Source of the DNA: Myxococcota bacterium
Lineage (GTDB): Bacteria > Myxococcota > XYA12-FULL-58-9 > JALHOP01
Reading direction: 5' to 3'
Assembly: GCA_022842935.1 (NCBI GenBank)
Contig: JALHOP010000007.1
Location: 77,592 to 141,591 of the forward strand
Length of the DNA stretch: 64,000 bases
The position numbers and the translations under genes were made by a program. This document shows, piece after piece, positions 20,570-30,121 of this stretch. The notes below the pieces were generated by a model. That model worked only from the letters and a program-made list of their open reading frames with translations. It made no database searches and was not told the DNA's origin. Within the stretch, counting starts at the first letter, position 1; each line of letters opens with the position of its first letter.

Positions 20570-21991
20570 ATGCCCGCTGTGGCCGCCGTCGATGTTGGCT
20601 CATCCGCGATTCGCCTGTCCGTCGCGGTGGTGAGCCCCACGGGTTCCCTTGCTGGCAGTGACTTTCACCGCTACGGACTGCGTCTCGGTAGCGACGTCTT
20701 CAGCCGTGGTGTTATCGCGGACAACACCTCTCGCTTGCTTGTCGACGTCTTTGGCGACATCGCCGGCAAGCTCCGCGAGCACGACGTTTCGAGTTATCGC
20801 GCCGTCGCGACCAGCGCGATGCGCGACGCCGGCAACGGGCGGGACATCGCGCGGGCCATCCGTGACGCCACCGGCGTCCGCCTCGAGATCATAAGCGGCC
20901 GTGAAGAAGCGCGGCTCGCCCGGCAGGCGCTCACCCGTTCACTTGGCTCATCGGCGACCGGCGCTCTGCTCGTCGACATCGGTGGCGGTAGCCTCGAGAT
21001 CGAGACCTCACGCCGGGCTGCGCGCTCCTTGCCGTTCGGCACGGTTCGGCTAGTCGAGCGCTATCCTGAGCTGCGTGGGCCACTCCGCTTGAAGGCGCTA
21101 CGCGAGGTGCAGCGCGCCATCGCTCGTGACCTCGCGCGGCGGGTCAAGCGGCGCCGCTACGCAGTCGCCATCGCAACCGGTGGTAACCTCGACGTTTTGG
21201 CTCGTCACGCGCCGTTTGCTAGTGGCTTCTGGCCAGCCATCGACCTGTCGCGTCTGCAGCAGCTCACCGAGAGCCTGGCGGCACTGACGGTCGACGAACG
21301 CCGCGAGGCGATGGAGCTTCGCGCCGACCGCGCCGATGTCATCCTTCCAGCCGCGCTCCTGCTGCTCGCCTTGAAGCGCGTGTTCGGCCTGCAGGTCGTG
21401 GTCGTTCCCGGGACCGGGTTACGCGAATCCATCCTGCACGACCTCGTGGCGACAGAGTCAGTGCGTTCGTCCGCTAAAGCGGTTGCTAGGCGTTTCGGGA
21501 TCGATACCAAGCGAGCGGCGCATCGCGCGAGCCTTGCGCGTGGCCTATTCGAAGCGCTGTTGCCGGTGCATCGCCTATGGGCGCCAGCGCTGCGCATCCT
21601 CGAGACCGCGGCGTACCTCTACGACCTCGGCGGGCTGGTCGACGGGGAAGACGCGGCTCGCCACACTGCCTATCTGGTGCGCCACGCCAGCGGCCTGGCT
21701 CTCGACAACCGCTGCCGCGACGTCGTCGGTTACGCTTTAGCGGTCGCGTCTGATGGGCCACTCTTCGAGGCGACCGACGACCTGCGTCCCGATGACTTGT
21801 CGTCTGGCCGTATCCTGGGAGGTATCCTCGCCCTCGCGCACTGCCTCGCTGGTGCCACAAACCGGCGTCAAGTCCGCGTCGACCTCTTGCGCTCGCCGAT
21901 CGTCGTCGACGTGGGCCTCGACCGGCCCATCGATGCGCGGAAGGTCCTGCTCCTCACCCGGGTCCTCGGGCAGCGGGTAAGCGTTTTGTGA
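20570..21991 (+). CDS. ppx: Ppx/GppA family exopolyphosphatase / pppGpp phosphohydrolase
   Basis: AVDVGSSAIRL, ATSAMRDA, ISGREEA, DIGGGSLE, GLRE; degenerate HD region (LYDLG). Confidence 0.9.
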   Translation: MPAVAAVDVGSSAIRLSVAVVSPTGSLAGSDFHRYGLRLGSDVFSRGVIADNTSRLLVDVFGDIAGKLREHDVSSYRAVATSAMRDAGNGRDIARAIRDATGVRLEIISGREEARLARQALTRSLGSSATGALLVDIGGGSLEIETSRRAARSLPFGTVRLVERYPELRGPLRLKALREVQRAIARDLARRVKRRRYAVAIATGGNLDVLARHAPFASGFWPAIDLSRLQQLTESLAALTVDERREAMELRADRADVILPAALLLLALKRVFGLQVVVVPGTGLRESILHDLVATESVRSSAKAVARRFGIDTKRAAHRASLARGLFEALLPVHRLWAPALRILETAAYLYDLGGLVDGEDAARHTAYLVRHASGLALDNRCRDVVGYALAVASDGPLFEATDDLRPDDLSSGRILGGILALAHCLAGATNRRQVRVDLLRSPIVVDVGLDRPIDARKVLLLTRVLGQRVSVL

Positions 21992-22047
21992 GACAGGGGC
22001 GGCCGCGAACGTGACTCGTGGTCGTCTCGGGGCTTATCTTGAGGCCG

Positions 22048-24318
22048 ATGGCCACCACCGACTCCACCGAGCTGCTGTCGAACCTCGTCGACGATGTACG
22101 CACCGCCTTCCGTGAGGACCGCACCATCCTCTCGTTCAAGGAGTACTTCGCGGCGGTGGTCGAAGACCCGGCCAAACACCTGCGCTCGTCGGCGCAGTAC
22201 CTGGTCGATATGTTCGAGCACTTCGGCCGCCAGGAGCTCGAGCTGCCCACCGGCAGAGCCACGCGCTTCACGCTCTTCGACGCGCCCTTCGCCGACGGCG
22301 AGGGCCGAGTCGCGGGCCAGGAGCACATCCAGGAGCAGCTCTACCGCATCATTGCGAACTTCGCGCGCGAGGGCCGCGTCAACAAGCTGGTCCTGCTGCA
22401 CGGCCCCAACGGCAGCGCCAAGAGCTCGATGGTGCGCTGTGTGATGGCGGCGATGGAGGCGTATTCGCGCGTCCCCGCGGGTGCGCTCTACAGCTTCAAC
22501 TGGATCTTTCCGAGCGAACGACTCTCGAGCGGCTCCATCGGTTTTTCGAACAACGGCCGACGCGCGCCAGCCGCCGCAGGTGACACCTACGCGTATCTGT
22601 CGGCCGAGCAGATCGACGCGCGCATCCCCGCCGAGATGCATGACCACCCGATCTTCTTGATCTCGCAAGAGCGACGCGCCGACCTCTTGAAAAAGCTCTT
22701 GCCAGAGTCCGCCAAAACGGTCGAGAACCCTGACGCGCCGCCGCGCGCGAGTATCAGCGATTACCTGCGCTTCGGTGATTTGTCCTACAAGTCGCGCAAG
22801 ATCTACGACGCTCTGCTTGCGAGCTATGACGGCGATATCGACAAGGTGCTCTCGCACGTTCAGGTCGAGCGCTTCTATCTTTCGAAGCGCTACCGCCGCG
22901 GCGTCGCCACCATCGAGCCGCAGATGTCGGTCGACGCCCGTATCCAACAGATCACCGCCGACCGTTCGCTTGGCTCGCTCCCGAAGGCGCTGCAACACAC
23001 ATCGCTCTACGAGCTCTCGGGGCCGCTGGTCGATGCCAACCGGGGTGTCCTCGAGTTCAGCGATCTGCTCAAGCGGCCAGTCGAGGCGTTCAAGTACCTT
23101 CTCAACACCATCGAGACCGCGACCGTTTCGATGGACTCGTTCGTGCTCCACCTCGACATGGTGTTCCTCGCATCGACCAACGAGATCTACCTCGACGCCT
23201 TCAAGGAGCACCCCGACTTTGCGTCGTTCAAGGGGCGTATGGAGCTCGTGAAGGTCCCGTATCTACTGCGCTACAAGGACGAAAAGGCGATCTACCAGCC
23301 GCAGATCACGCCGCGCGTCGTAGGTCGTCATATCGCACCGCACTCCATCGACGTTGCCGCGCTCTGGGCGGTGCTCACCCGCATGCGCAAATGTGATGCG
23401 TCGCTCTATCCGAAAGAGATGCGTGGGGTCGTCGACTCGCTCACGCCTTACGAGAAGCTGCGGCTCTACGATGAAGGCGAGACGCCCGACCGGCTGAGCA
23501 ACCGTGAGTCCGCCGAGCTCCGGAATCTCGTCCACCAGCTCTACCGCGAGTCGCTTGGCTACCCGAACTACGAGGGCCGCTTCGGTGCCTCGGCGCGCGA
23601 GATCCGCACAGCGCTGCTCAACGCCGCCCACCACGACACGTACCAGTATCTGAGCCCCGTCGCCGTGCTCGACGAGCTACGCGAGATCCTCAAAGCCAAG
23701 AGCGTCTACGAATTCCTGCGCCAAGAGGTGGTCGGCAAGTACCACGACCACGAGGCATTTCTGAAGCAAGCCGAGCAGCACTACATCCACTGGATCGATG
23801 AAGAAGTGCGCGATTCGATGGGGCTTGCCACCGAGTCGTCGTACGGCGAGCTCTTCACGAAATACGTGAGCAATGTCTCGCACTGGGTGAAGGGCGAGAA
23901 GATGCTCGACACCGTCTCGGGCCAGTACCGCGACGCCGACAAGGCGTTCATGGCGGAGATCGAGGGCGTCTTGATGAGCGAAGGTGAGCGGTCCGAGGAC
24001 TTCCGGCGGGCGGTCATCGGCACGATCGGCGCCCGTGCTCTCGAGAACCCCAACGCGCGACCCAACTACAACGAGCTCTTCAAACACTACATCGTAAGGC
24101 TACGCGAGGACTTCTTCACCAAGCGTCGCAAGGTCATCGAGCGCAATATCGAGAATTTCTTGAAGCTCACGAGCGACGATAAGGGCGTCGGCCTCGACCC
24201 CAAAGACGCCACGCAGGCGAAGGCCATGCTCGAGCGCCTCGTCACGACCTACAGCTACACAGAGCCCTCGGCGCGTGACACGGTCGCTTTCTTGCTCAAG
24301 CGCAAATACGCGGGGTAG
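22048..24318 (+). CDS. prkA: PrkA/YeaG-family AAA+ serine protein kinase
   Basis: LLHGPNGSAKS, ANRGVLEFSDLLKRP, EGRFGASAREI. Confidence 0.9.
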   Translation: MATTDSTELLSNLVDDVRTAFREDRTILSFKEYFAAVVEDPAKHLRSSAQYLVDMFEHFGRQELELPTGRATRFTLFDAPFADGEGRVAGQEHIQEQLYRIIANFAREGRVNKLVLLHGPNGSAKSSMVRCVMAAMEAYSRVPAGALYSFNWIFPSERLSSGSIGFSNNGRRAPAAAGDTYAYLSAEQIDARIPAEMHDHPIFLISQERRADLLKKLLPESAKTVENPDAPPRASISDYLRFGDLSYKSRKIYDALLASYDGDIDKVLSHVQVERFYLSKRYRRGVATIEPQMSVDARIQQITADRSLGSLPKALQHTSLYELSGPLVDANRGVLEFSDLLKRPVEAFKYLLNTIETATVSMDSFVLHLDMVFLASTNEIYLDAFKEHPDFASFKGRMELVKVPYLLRYKDEKAIYQPQITPRVVGRHIAPHSIDVAALWAVLTRMRKCDASLYPKEMRGVVDSLTPYEKLRLYDEGETPDRLSNRESAELRNLVHQLYRESLGYPNYEGRFGASAREIRTALLNAAHHDTYQYLSPVAVLDELREILKAKSVYEFLRQEVVGKYHDHEAFLKQAEQHYIHWIDEEVRDSMGLATESSYGELFTKYVSNVSHWVKGEKMLDTVSGQYRDADKAFMAEIEGVLMSEGERSEDFRRAVIGTIGARALENPNARPNYNELFKHYIVRLREDFFTKRRKVIERNIENFLKLTSDDKGVGLDPKDATQAKAMLERLVTTYSYTEPSARDTVAFLLKRKYAG

Positions 24319-24352
24319 GGTTTTAACGCCAAAACTAAGCTAGGGTAACGCC

Positions 24353-24802
24353 ATGTCGAGCTCCACGGCCGCAGCGCGCAAGAAATTCCTGGTCCCGTTC
24401 AACTTCAGCCGCAAGTCCGAGATGGCGCTCGACTTCGCCCTCCGCTATGGCGCACACATCGAAGTCGATATTTACATGTTCCACGTCTTCGAGGGGAAGG
24501 CCGGCGACTTCCGCAAGCTCGACCGCCAAAACGAAGAGTACCTCGAGCGCATGAAGCTGACGGTGAACCAGTGGGTCGAGCGTGCCGCGCAGGAGGGCAT
24601 CAACGCCCAGGCGCACGACGTCCATCGCCGTGTCGCCAACGGAAAGCCCGGTCTCGAGATCTTGAAGATGGCCGGCGGCATCAACGCCGACATGATCATC
24701 ATGGGGGCCCCGACGTCGTTCGGGTTCAGGCGCCTGCTCTCCAAGACGCCTTGCACCACGGTGCTCGTGAAGGATAAGGACCCGGCGTTCGTCGTCGCGT
24801 AA
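24353..24802 (+). CDS. Universal stress protein
   Basis: LVPFNFS..S..AL; GKPGLEIL; ADMIIMG; PCTTVLVK. Confidence 0.88.
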   Translation: MSSSTAAARKKFLVPFNFSRKSEMALDFALRYGAHIEVDIYMFHVFEGKAGDFRKLDRQNEEYLERMKLTVNQWVERAAQEGINAQAHDVHRRVANGKPGLEILKMAGGINADMIIMGAPTSFGFRRLLSKTPCTTVLVKDKDPAFVVA

Positions 24803-24845
24803 GCCCCTATTGTGTGGGCTCCGGCGCGTTTCGGGAGCCTTGACC

Positions 24846-25337
24846 ATGGCAGGCGCAGCAGAAGAGAAGAACGAAAATCCGACGCGCTACACCGACATCG
24901 TGCGCGGCATGAGCAAAGAGAAGTTCGTCGAGGTTCTGAGCGTCTCGACCCGTACGTCGCGCGAGGCCTATTTTCACCGCCACAACATCAAGGCACCGCC
25001 GTCCGGCCGTGGCTTCACCAAGCCTGGCGCCAAGAACGAAGCGCGTGCCGCGGGTCTCTACGAGGCGCTGATGGAGCGCGTCGACGAGCAGGTCGCCGAA
25101 GAGATCGTACGCACCTGGCTACTTGGTAAGCGCCCGATGCTCGCTGCCGCCCTCGACCACTTGAAGATCGCGCACGACAACGGCCTCACCGAAAGCGACG
25201 ACGTTGACCGCTTCGAGAAGCTGTCAGCCGCCGAGCTCAAGGAGATGGTCAAGACGCTCTCCAAGGTCGCTCCCGCGGACGAGATCAAGGCGTATCTCAA
25301 GTACATGGGCGCCGAGAACGTCGACGCAGCGTTTTAG
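24846..25337 (+). CDS. Hypothetical protein
   Basis: GGAG RBS, host-like codon usage, co-oriented with prkA and usp. Confidence 0.8.
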   Translation: MAGAAEEKNENPTRYTDIVRGMSKEKFVEVLSVSTRTSREAYFHRHNIKAPPSGRGFTKPGAKNEARAAGLYEALMERVDEQVAEEIVRTWLLGKRPMLAAALDHLKIAHDNGLTESDDVDRFEKLSAAELKEMVKTLSKVAPADEIKAYLKYMGAENVDAAF

Positions 25338-25364
25338 GATTCGTGCCAAGGCTAGAGCGCCGGG

Positions 25365-25832
25365 CTAACCCGAAAGTGTCTGTCCACGCCTGAGCCGCGT
25401 GAGCCAGGTGTCGAGCATCGTCTCGAGCTTGCCGACGGTCTCTTCGGAGAGCCGGTCGGCGCTGCTCCAGGTTTGTCCGGGGAATGCGACACGCAGCTCG
25501 GCGGCGTGTCCGTAGAAGCGACTCGAACCGGGCTTTTGGGCCTCGGTCTTTAGGTCCGCGATAGCGTTGCGAACCACCTCGAGCTGGCGTAGTCCAAAGC
25601 TCCCGTCGCCGCTCGACCAGACCGGATGGCCGCTCATGTATGACTCGCTGGAGAGGAAGGCGCGGCGACCTTCGCTGCCGCGCTGCCAGATGAGGATACG
25701 GAAGCTGTCAGCGGGGGTCGGCACGAAGTCGCCCGCGTGATCGTCAGCGTCCCGCAGGGCGGGTCGTTCGAGCGGAAAGGGTGGGGTCTGTTCGTTCATG
25801 ACGGGGGGCGCGGCGAGCAAGCAGAGTGCCAC
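25365..25832 (-). CDS. Hypothetical protein
   Basis: ORF fills the gap; start uncertain. Confidence 0.5.
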   Translation of the reverse strand: MALCLLAAPPVMNEQTPPFPLERPALRDADDHAGDFVPTPADSFRILIWQRGSEGRRAFLSSESYMSGHPVWSSGDGSFGLRQLEVVRNAIADLKTEAQKPGSSRFYGHAAELRVAFPGQTWSSADRLSEETVGKLETMLDTWLTRLRRGQTLSG

Positions 25833-25887
25833 GATGTCATGGTTGCTAACTGGTTGAATTTACGTTGTCCTTGTGTGGTTGTTATGA

Positions 25888-25944
25888 CCACAGTGTGGGT
25901 TTGTATCCACTTTGTGCCCACTATTGCCCTCACTTTTACCCCAC
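25888..25944. repeat. Phased (C/T)CAC motif array in an AT-enriched intergenic region
   Basis: Motifs end at 25910, 25921, 25933 and 25944 (11-12 bp period), with another at 25888-25891. Confidence 0.45.
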
Positions 25945-26138
25945 ACGGATGACTTCGAGCTCGGAAGCCTCGCGGTCGAAGCCGGCGCGCGCCTGGACGG
26001 GGTGCCCTTCCGCATCGGTTGGTCGACTGGCGATGATGAACATGCCACATGTGGATCGACGGCGTGCCGATGCCGGAGCTTGCCGATGGGTCCGAGCTGC
26101 CGAGCGTCGAAGGAGAAGCACGAGTTACCGGGCGCAAC

Positions 26139-27170
26139 ATGAACAAAGCCGTCTCGCATGACTTGAAGCTTGGGCGATGGCGACTTCATGCGCTCTGCCT
26201 TACCTGCCTCGTCGCGTTCAACGGTTGCGCTACCGAGTCAGCCCGCATCAACCCGCACGACGTCGCCGCGGCACTGCTCGGCGAGATGAACCCGGCCCCG
26301 ACCATCGACGACCTGCGTGACGCTCGGCAGCGCGCAAACCCTTCGCGCCGGCTGCTCCTCGAGCGGGTGCTTGCCGTTCTCGAGACAGCGCCCGCCGAGC
26401 GCACTGCCACGGGTGCTAGCTTCGATCGCTTCTTGCAGGTGCTCCGCGATCTCATCGACTCCGCGCAAGCGGACGTCGAGGCGCGCCGCGCATATGTTTC
26501 CGCCTTCGTGCAAGCGTCGATTTCACCGGCGCCGCCGCTCAGCGACCCAGCCGTGCTCGCTGACGAAGCCCTGGCGCACGCGCGACGCCTGGTTGCCGCT
26601 TTTCCCGGGGACGGCAAGAGTTATCGGGTGCTCGCCGAGGCGCTAGGCAACGCACAAGAAGACCAGGTCGCTGTGGGCGTGGCGTATAAGCAATGCGTGG
26701 CGCTCGCCCCGGCTGCGGGGTCGTGCGTGGTTCGGCTCGATGCCATCCGCGAGCGATTGCGGGCCCCGCATTGTGGCGGCTCCCAGGTCGCGAGGGCTCT
26801 GGTCTTTCATGCGGCGACCGATGACGGCCAGCTCAGCGAGGAGCCGCAGCTCACACTCGAGGCGACGCCAGTGCTCACCGCAGTTGATATCGCGACGATC
26901 GCGGTCGACCCGACGTCGGACCGGGCGCTCGACATCAGCATCACGCCAGCCGCGGCAAAGACGTTCGGTTTGACGACGGCGCGCCTTGCAGCCTCGCGTT
27001 CCTGGCTCGTCATGCGACTCGGCGAGGTGTCGGTCATCGCCGCACGCGTCACGGGTCCCATGCCCGACGGCGTGATGAGACTCCACACGGCGCGGGAGCC
27101 GGCGATCGACGTTCTACGCAGGCTGTGCGTGACACTCGAGCGGCGCGCCTTGCCACCTGAGCTGCAATAG
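26139..27170 (+). CDS. Lipoprotein with TPR-like helices and a C-terminal SecDF P1-head-like domain
   Basis: FNGC lipobox; ALDISITPAAAKTF...LVMRLGEVSVIAARV. Confidence 0.6.
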   Translation: MNKAVSHDLKLGRWRLHALCLTCLVAFNGCATESARINPHDVAAALLGEMNPAPTIDDLRDARQRANPSRRLLLERVLAVLETAPAERTATGASFDRFLQVLRDLIDSAQADVEARRAYVSAFVQASISPAPPLSDPAVLADEALAHARRLVAAFPGDGKSYRVLAEALGNAQEDQVAVGVAYKQCVALAPAAGSCVVRLDAIRERLRAPHCGGSQVARALVFHAATDDGQLSEEPQLTLEATPVLTAVDIATIAVDPTSDRALDISITPAAAKTFGLTTARLAASRSWLVMRLGEVSVIAARVTGPMPDGVMRLHTAREPAIDVLRRLCVTLERRALPPELQ

Positions 27171-27236
27171 CGGATCGCAGTGGGTGACTGCCCTGTGCCC
27201 TGAGCTCGGGGTGGAGGAAAGCGCGGGCAACCGCGT

Positions 27237-29357
27237 TCAGTGACCCTGTCCGCAACGGCTGCAGACGTGGGCGCGTCCTTCGAGACTCATGTCGCCGTCG
27301 CTCGCCGCGACCAGACGACCATTGCGGTCGAAGACCAGCGAGCCGGCGACAGCAGCCAAAATTTCGTTCGGCTTGCCAAAGCGGACGCGGGTGAAGCCAT
27401 AGCCGTCGGTGATGCGCTCGAGCTCGACCACGCCTTCGGCGCTCGTCCAGCCACCGACGCGCGCGGCAAGCGGGCCCTGACCACGCCGAGCAGAATCGAC
27501 GTCGCCGATGGTTGCGACGGGGAGGTCGCGGGTGATGCGCGGAGTGGTGTCAGCGGCGAGGAGGCCCCGTTCCCGCAGGATGCTCTCGAAGCGCGCAACG
27601 GACTCGGGCGACTCGGTTTCGCGCGCGCCGCGCAATAGAGCAGCACCGATATCGTGCAGGGAGCCGCCGTTCTCGGGCATGAACAGCATCGCGGCGTGTA
27701 ACGTGCTCGCGCTGACATCACGCACCCGTTGCACACTGGCGACCGGGTCGGTGGCGCCACGCGCCGCGTCGGACGCCTCGCGAGCGAAGTGCTCGTAGAG
27801 AGCACCCGAGATGATCCGTGAAACATAGTGGTGCTCACCGGCTCGGCTGCCGTCTGGCACTGGCGGGTTCCCGGATGCCGCCGGATCGAGCCCCGCGATG
27901 TCGCTGACGCGAAGCACGCTCGCGGCGTCACGCAGCGCTTGGTTGCCGTCGTCGGCTGGGTCGCGCGTGCTCGAAGCGATGGTGCGCGCGAGTTGTTCGG
28001 CGATACGAGAGACAGAGTTGCTACGGGTGAGATCGCCTTCCGTCTCGGCGAGGGCCGCACGAATCACCTCGGGAGAGTCGAACGCGGTGAGAAGCGCGAC
28101 CGAGTCGCCATAGGCCTCGTGCATGGCGCGCCCTGGCGCCGAGGAGAACATCGCTGGCATCAGCGTCGCGAGCGCCGCGTGACCCGCCTCATGGCTGCCT
28201 ACGAAGCGATCTTGAGCGAGTCGAACGAGCTGCCCGGTGAGTGGCCGGATGCGCGCGATCTCGAACCCCGCCCGCATGAGGTCGCCGCCATAGCGCGCGC
28301 GCGCGCTGAGGGTCAGAAATCTGTCGATGGGTAGAGGCTCTTCACCCGAGGGCGGCCTGGCAAAACCCCCAAAGAGCCTGCCCGCGAGGCCTCCGTTGGT
28401 TTGGCGCGGGTCAGTGATCGTCTCTCGCGCCCGCTCCGCGGTGAGGAGGCGCTCGACCTCGGCGACGTCGTCACGGCGGGCGGCGTCGACGATGGCGCGC
28501 AGCGCGGCAGCTTGCGCCCGCACTTCGCGCAAGCCGGCGGGATTGAGCTCGGGGCGACTTTCGGCGGAGAGGCGCGACTCTGTCTCGGAGACGGCACTCT
28601 CGCGCTCAGCGAGGGCGTGCTCGAGGAACGCGACGCTCGAGCCGTCGAGCGGCACCAGCCGCCCGTCCCGGACGTTACCCAGCGAGCCGAGTTGCACTTC
28701 ACGTGTGCCGCCAACGAAAAACGCGTTCAGCTCCACGCTGCTCGAGCCGACAAACGCGTTGGGGCGCACCGTGAGCTGACCGCCATCGCCCCAAGGGATG
28801 GGGCGCCGTGCCGCGCGCTCGGCCAAGGTGATGGTCTGGTTCGCGGCATAAAACGCGGTGGTCTGAGCCGTGTCCACCTCTGGGGCGTCGAAGTGGCCCT
28901 CGGCGTTGGCGGTCACGGGTGCGACCTGGCTCGGCTCGGTGATGACGTTGGTGGTGAGCAGGCCGATGAGCGGCAGCTGCGCAAGACCCGGGATGTTCGA
29001 CTCGGCCGTCTTGATGTCGCCATCGACGGCGATGCGCACACGCGGACCTTCGAGGAGCGAGGGCGCGTTACGCGTGCAATAAAAGGCGCTGCCGGGGAGG
29101 CTCGCAACCGTGGCTGGCCGACTTCCGTCGTCTTGGTGGACCCGGAGGTTTACCCCCGGGGTGGTGCAGATCGGCGGCCGCAAGGCGCCCGCTGAGCCTC
29201 GGGTGATTGGGGGAACACCGAACGGGAGCCCCGGTAGATTCACCTCGGGTCTCTGAACCTCGCGCTCGGGGTTGCGCACGTCGGTGGGGGCTGCGCCTTC
29301 GCCTGCACCTGCAAGGGCGGCACGGGAGGGGATACGGGTCGGCGCGATTGGAGTCAC
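27237..29357 (-). CDS. Gluzincin zinc metallopeptidase (M4/M36-like) without a signal peptide
   Basis: LNAFF, SHEAGH (HEXXH), AMHEAYGD third ligand, EHHYVSRIISGALY; GTG 29357 with GAGG RBS. Confidence 0.8.
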   Translation of the reverse strand: MTPIAPTRIPSRAALAGAGEGAAPTDVRNPEREVQRPEVNLPGLPFGVPPITRGSAGALRPPICTTPGVNLRVHQDDGSRPATVASLPGSAFYCTRNAPSLLEGPRVRIAVDGDIKTAESNIPGLAQLPLIGLLTTNVITEPSQVAPVTANAEGHFDAPEVDTAQTTAFYAANQTITLAERAARRPIPWGDGGQLTVRPNAFVGSSSVELNAFFVGGTREVQLGSLGNVRDGRLVPLDGSSVAFLEHALAERESAVSETESRLSAESRPELNPAGLREVRAQAAALRAIVDAARRDDVAEVERLLTAERARETITDPRQTNGGLAGRLFGGFARPPSGEEPLPIDRFLTLSARARYGGDLMRAGFEIARIRPLTGQLVRLAQDRFVGSHEAGHAALATLMPAMFSSAPGRAMHEAYGDSVALLTAFDSPEVIRAALAETEGDLTRSNSVSRIAEQLARTIASSTRDPADDGNQALRDAASVLRVSDIAGLDPAASGNPPVPDGSRAGEHHYVSRIISGALYEHFAREASDAARGATDPVASVQRVRDVSASTLHAAMLFMPENGGSLHDIGAALLRGARETESPESVARFESILRERGLLAADTTPRITRDLPVATIGDVDSARRGQGPLAARVGGWTSAEGVVELERITDGYGFTRVRFGKPNEILAAVAGSLVFDRNGRLVAASDGDMSLEGRAHVCSRCGQGH

Positions 29358-29413
29358 TTGCCTCGCATCCTCTCTGGTGCGCGATACACGCCACCTAGTT
29401 TCGTTCAGGATGT

Positions 29414-29440
29414 TTATCGGCATGCTGACGCCGATGGTGC
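29414..29440 (-). promoter_or_regulatory. Putative sigma28-like promoter GCACCA-N13-GCCGATAA
   Basis: Perfect sigma28 -10 box; overlaps the ORF-track ATG. Confidence 0.55.
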
Positions 29441-29472
29441 GTGAAAGTGCAAAGGGCTATAGTCGCCAGTCT

Positions 29473-29862
29473 GTGGCGTTCGTTCGCGTAGCATCACGTG
29501 GCAGCAGCATGTGGCCGACGCTCCGGCACGGCGACACCTTGCTCGTCGACAACATGGCGCCGCCCGCCGTTGGCGACATCGTCGTGCTGCGAGCGGGTGA
29601 GGGGAGCTTTATCGCCCACCGTCTGGTGGCCATGGCAAACGGCCTGGTGCGTTGCACGAATGCCCGCGGCGAGCCCGACCCCTGGGTCAGTCGAGACCAT
29701 GTGTTCGGGCGGGTCGCCTGTGTCGAGCGCGATGGGCGCTTGCTCGCGGTTGGGCGCGAACCGCCAAATGTGCGTATCCTTTGGGCGTTGCGTTCGAGCT
29801 ATGGTCTAGCGCGACGCATCGCGCATCGCGTGCGCAGGAGCCTTCGTGATCGCCAAGCGTAA
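29473..29862 (+). CDS. Soluble S24/S26-family serine peptidase (candidate RiPP leader peptidase)
   Basis: GSSMWPTLRHGD, GDIVVL, IAHRL (Ser-His); no TM anchor; start could be 29410, 29434 or 29473. Confidence 0.8.
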   Translation: MAFVRVASRGSSMWPTLRHGDTLLVDNMAPPAVGDIVVLRAGEGSFIAHRLVAMANGLVRCTNARGEPDPWVSRDHVFGRVACVERDGRLLAVGREPPNVRILWALRSSYGLARRIAHRVRRSLRDRQA

Positions 29863-30121
29863 GTCACATGTCGTCGCGCGCCAGGTCGACGACGAAGCCG
29901 TGCTCGTGCCCATCCGCAACGACGCGTCGACGCCGCTCGCCATTCACGCCTTGGGGCCGGTCGCCGCTTTCGTATGGGGATTGTTGGATGGGGCGCGGGC
30001 GAGCGATGTCATCGCGGACATGGTGAGCGACGAGTTCGAGGTCGACGCGGCCACGGCGCGCGTTGACGTCGCGACCTTCTTGACCGAGCTCGAGGCTGCG
30101 GGTCTCGTGGAGGTCACATGA
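29846..30121 (+). CDS. PqqD-family RiPP recognition element (RRE)
   Basis: VARQVDDEAVLVP, LGPVAAFVWGLLDG, EFEVD, DVATFLTELEAAGLV. Confidence 0.92.
   Translation: MIAKRKSHVVARQVDDEAVLVPIRNDASTPLAIHALGPVAAFVWGLLDGARASDVIADMVSDEFEVDAATARVDVATFLTELEAAGLVEVT

Noticed and set aside
25945-26138. Possible frameshifted gene fragment upstream of the lipoprotein
   Set aside because: Protein-like in two frames but no recognisable family; cannot be supported without a search
27211-27230. GAGGAAAG motif resembling RNase P RNA
   Set aside because: Lies in a 66-bp gap between convergent genes; the following GTCC and the rest of the RNA are missing
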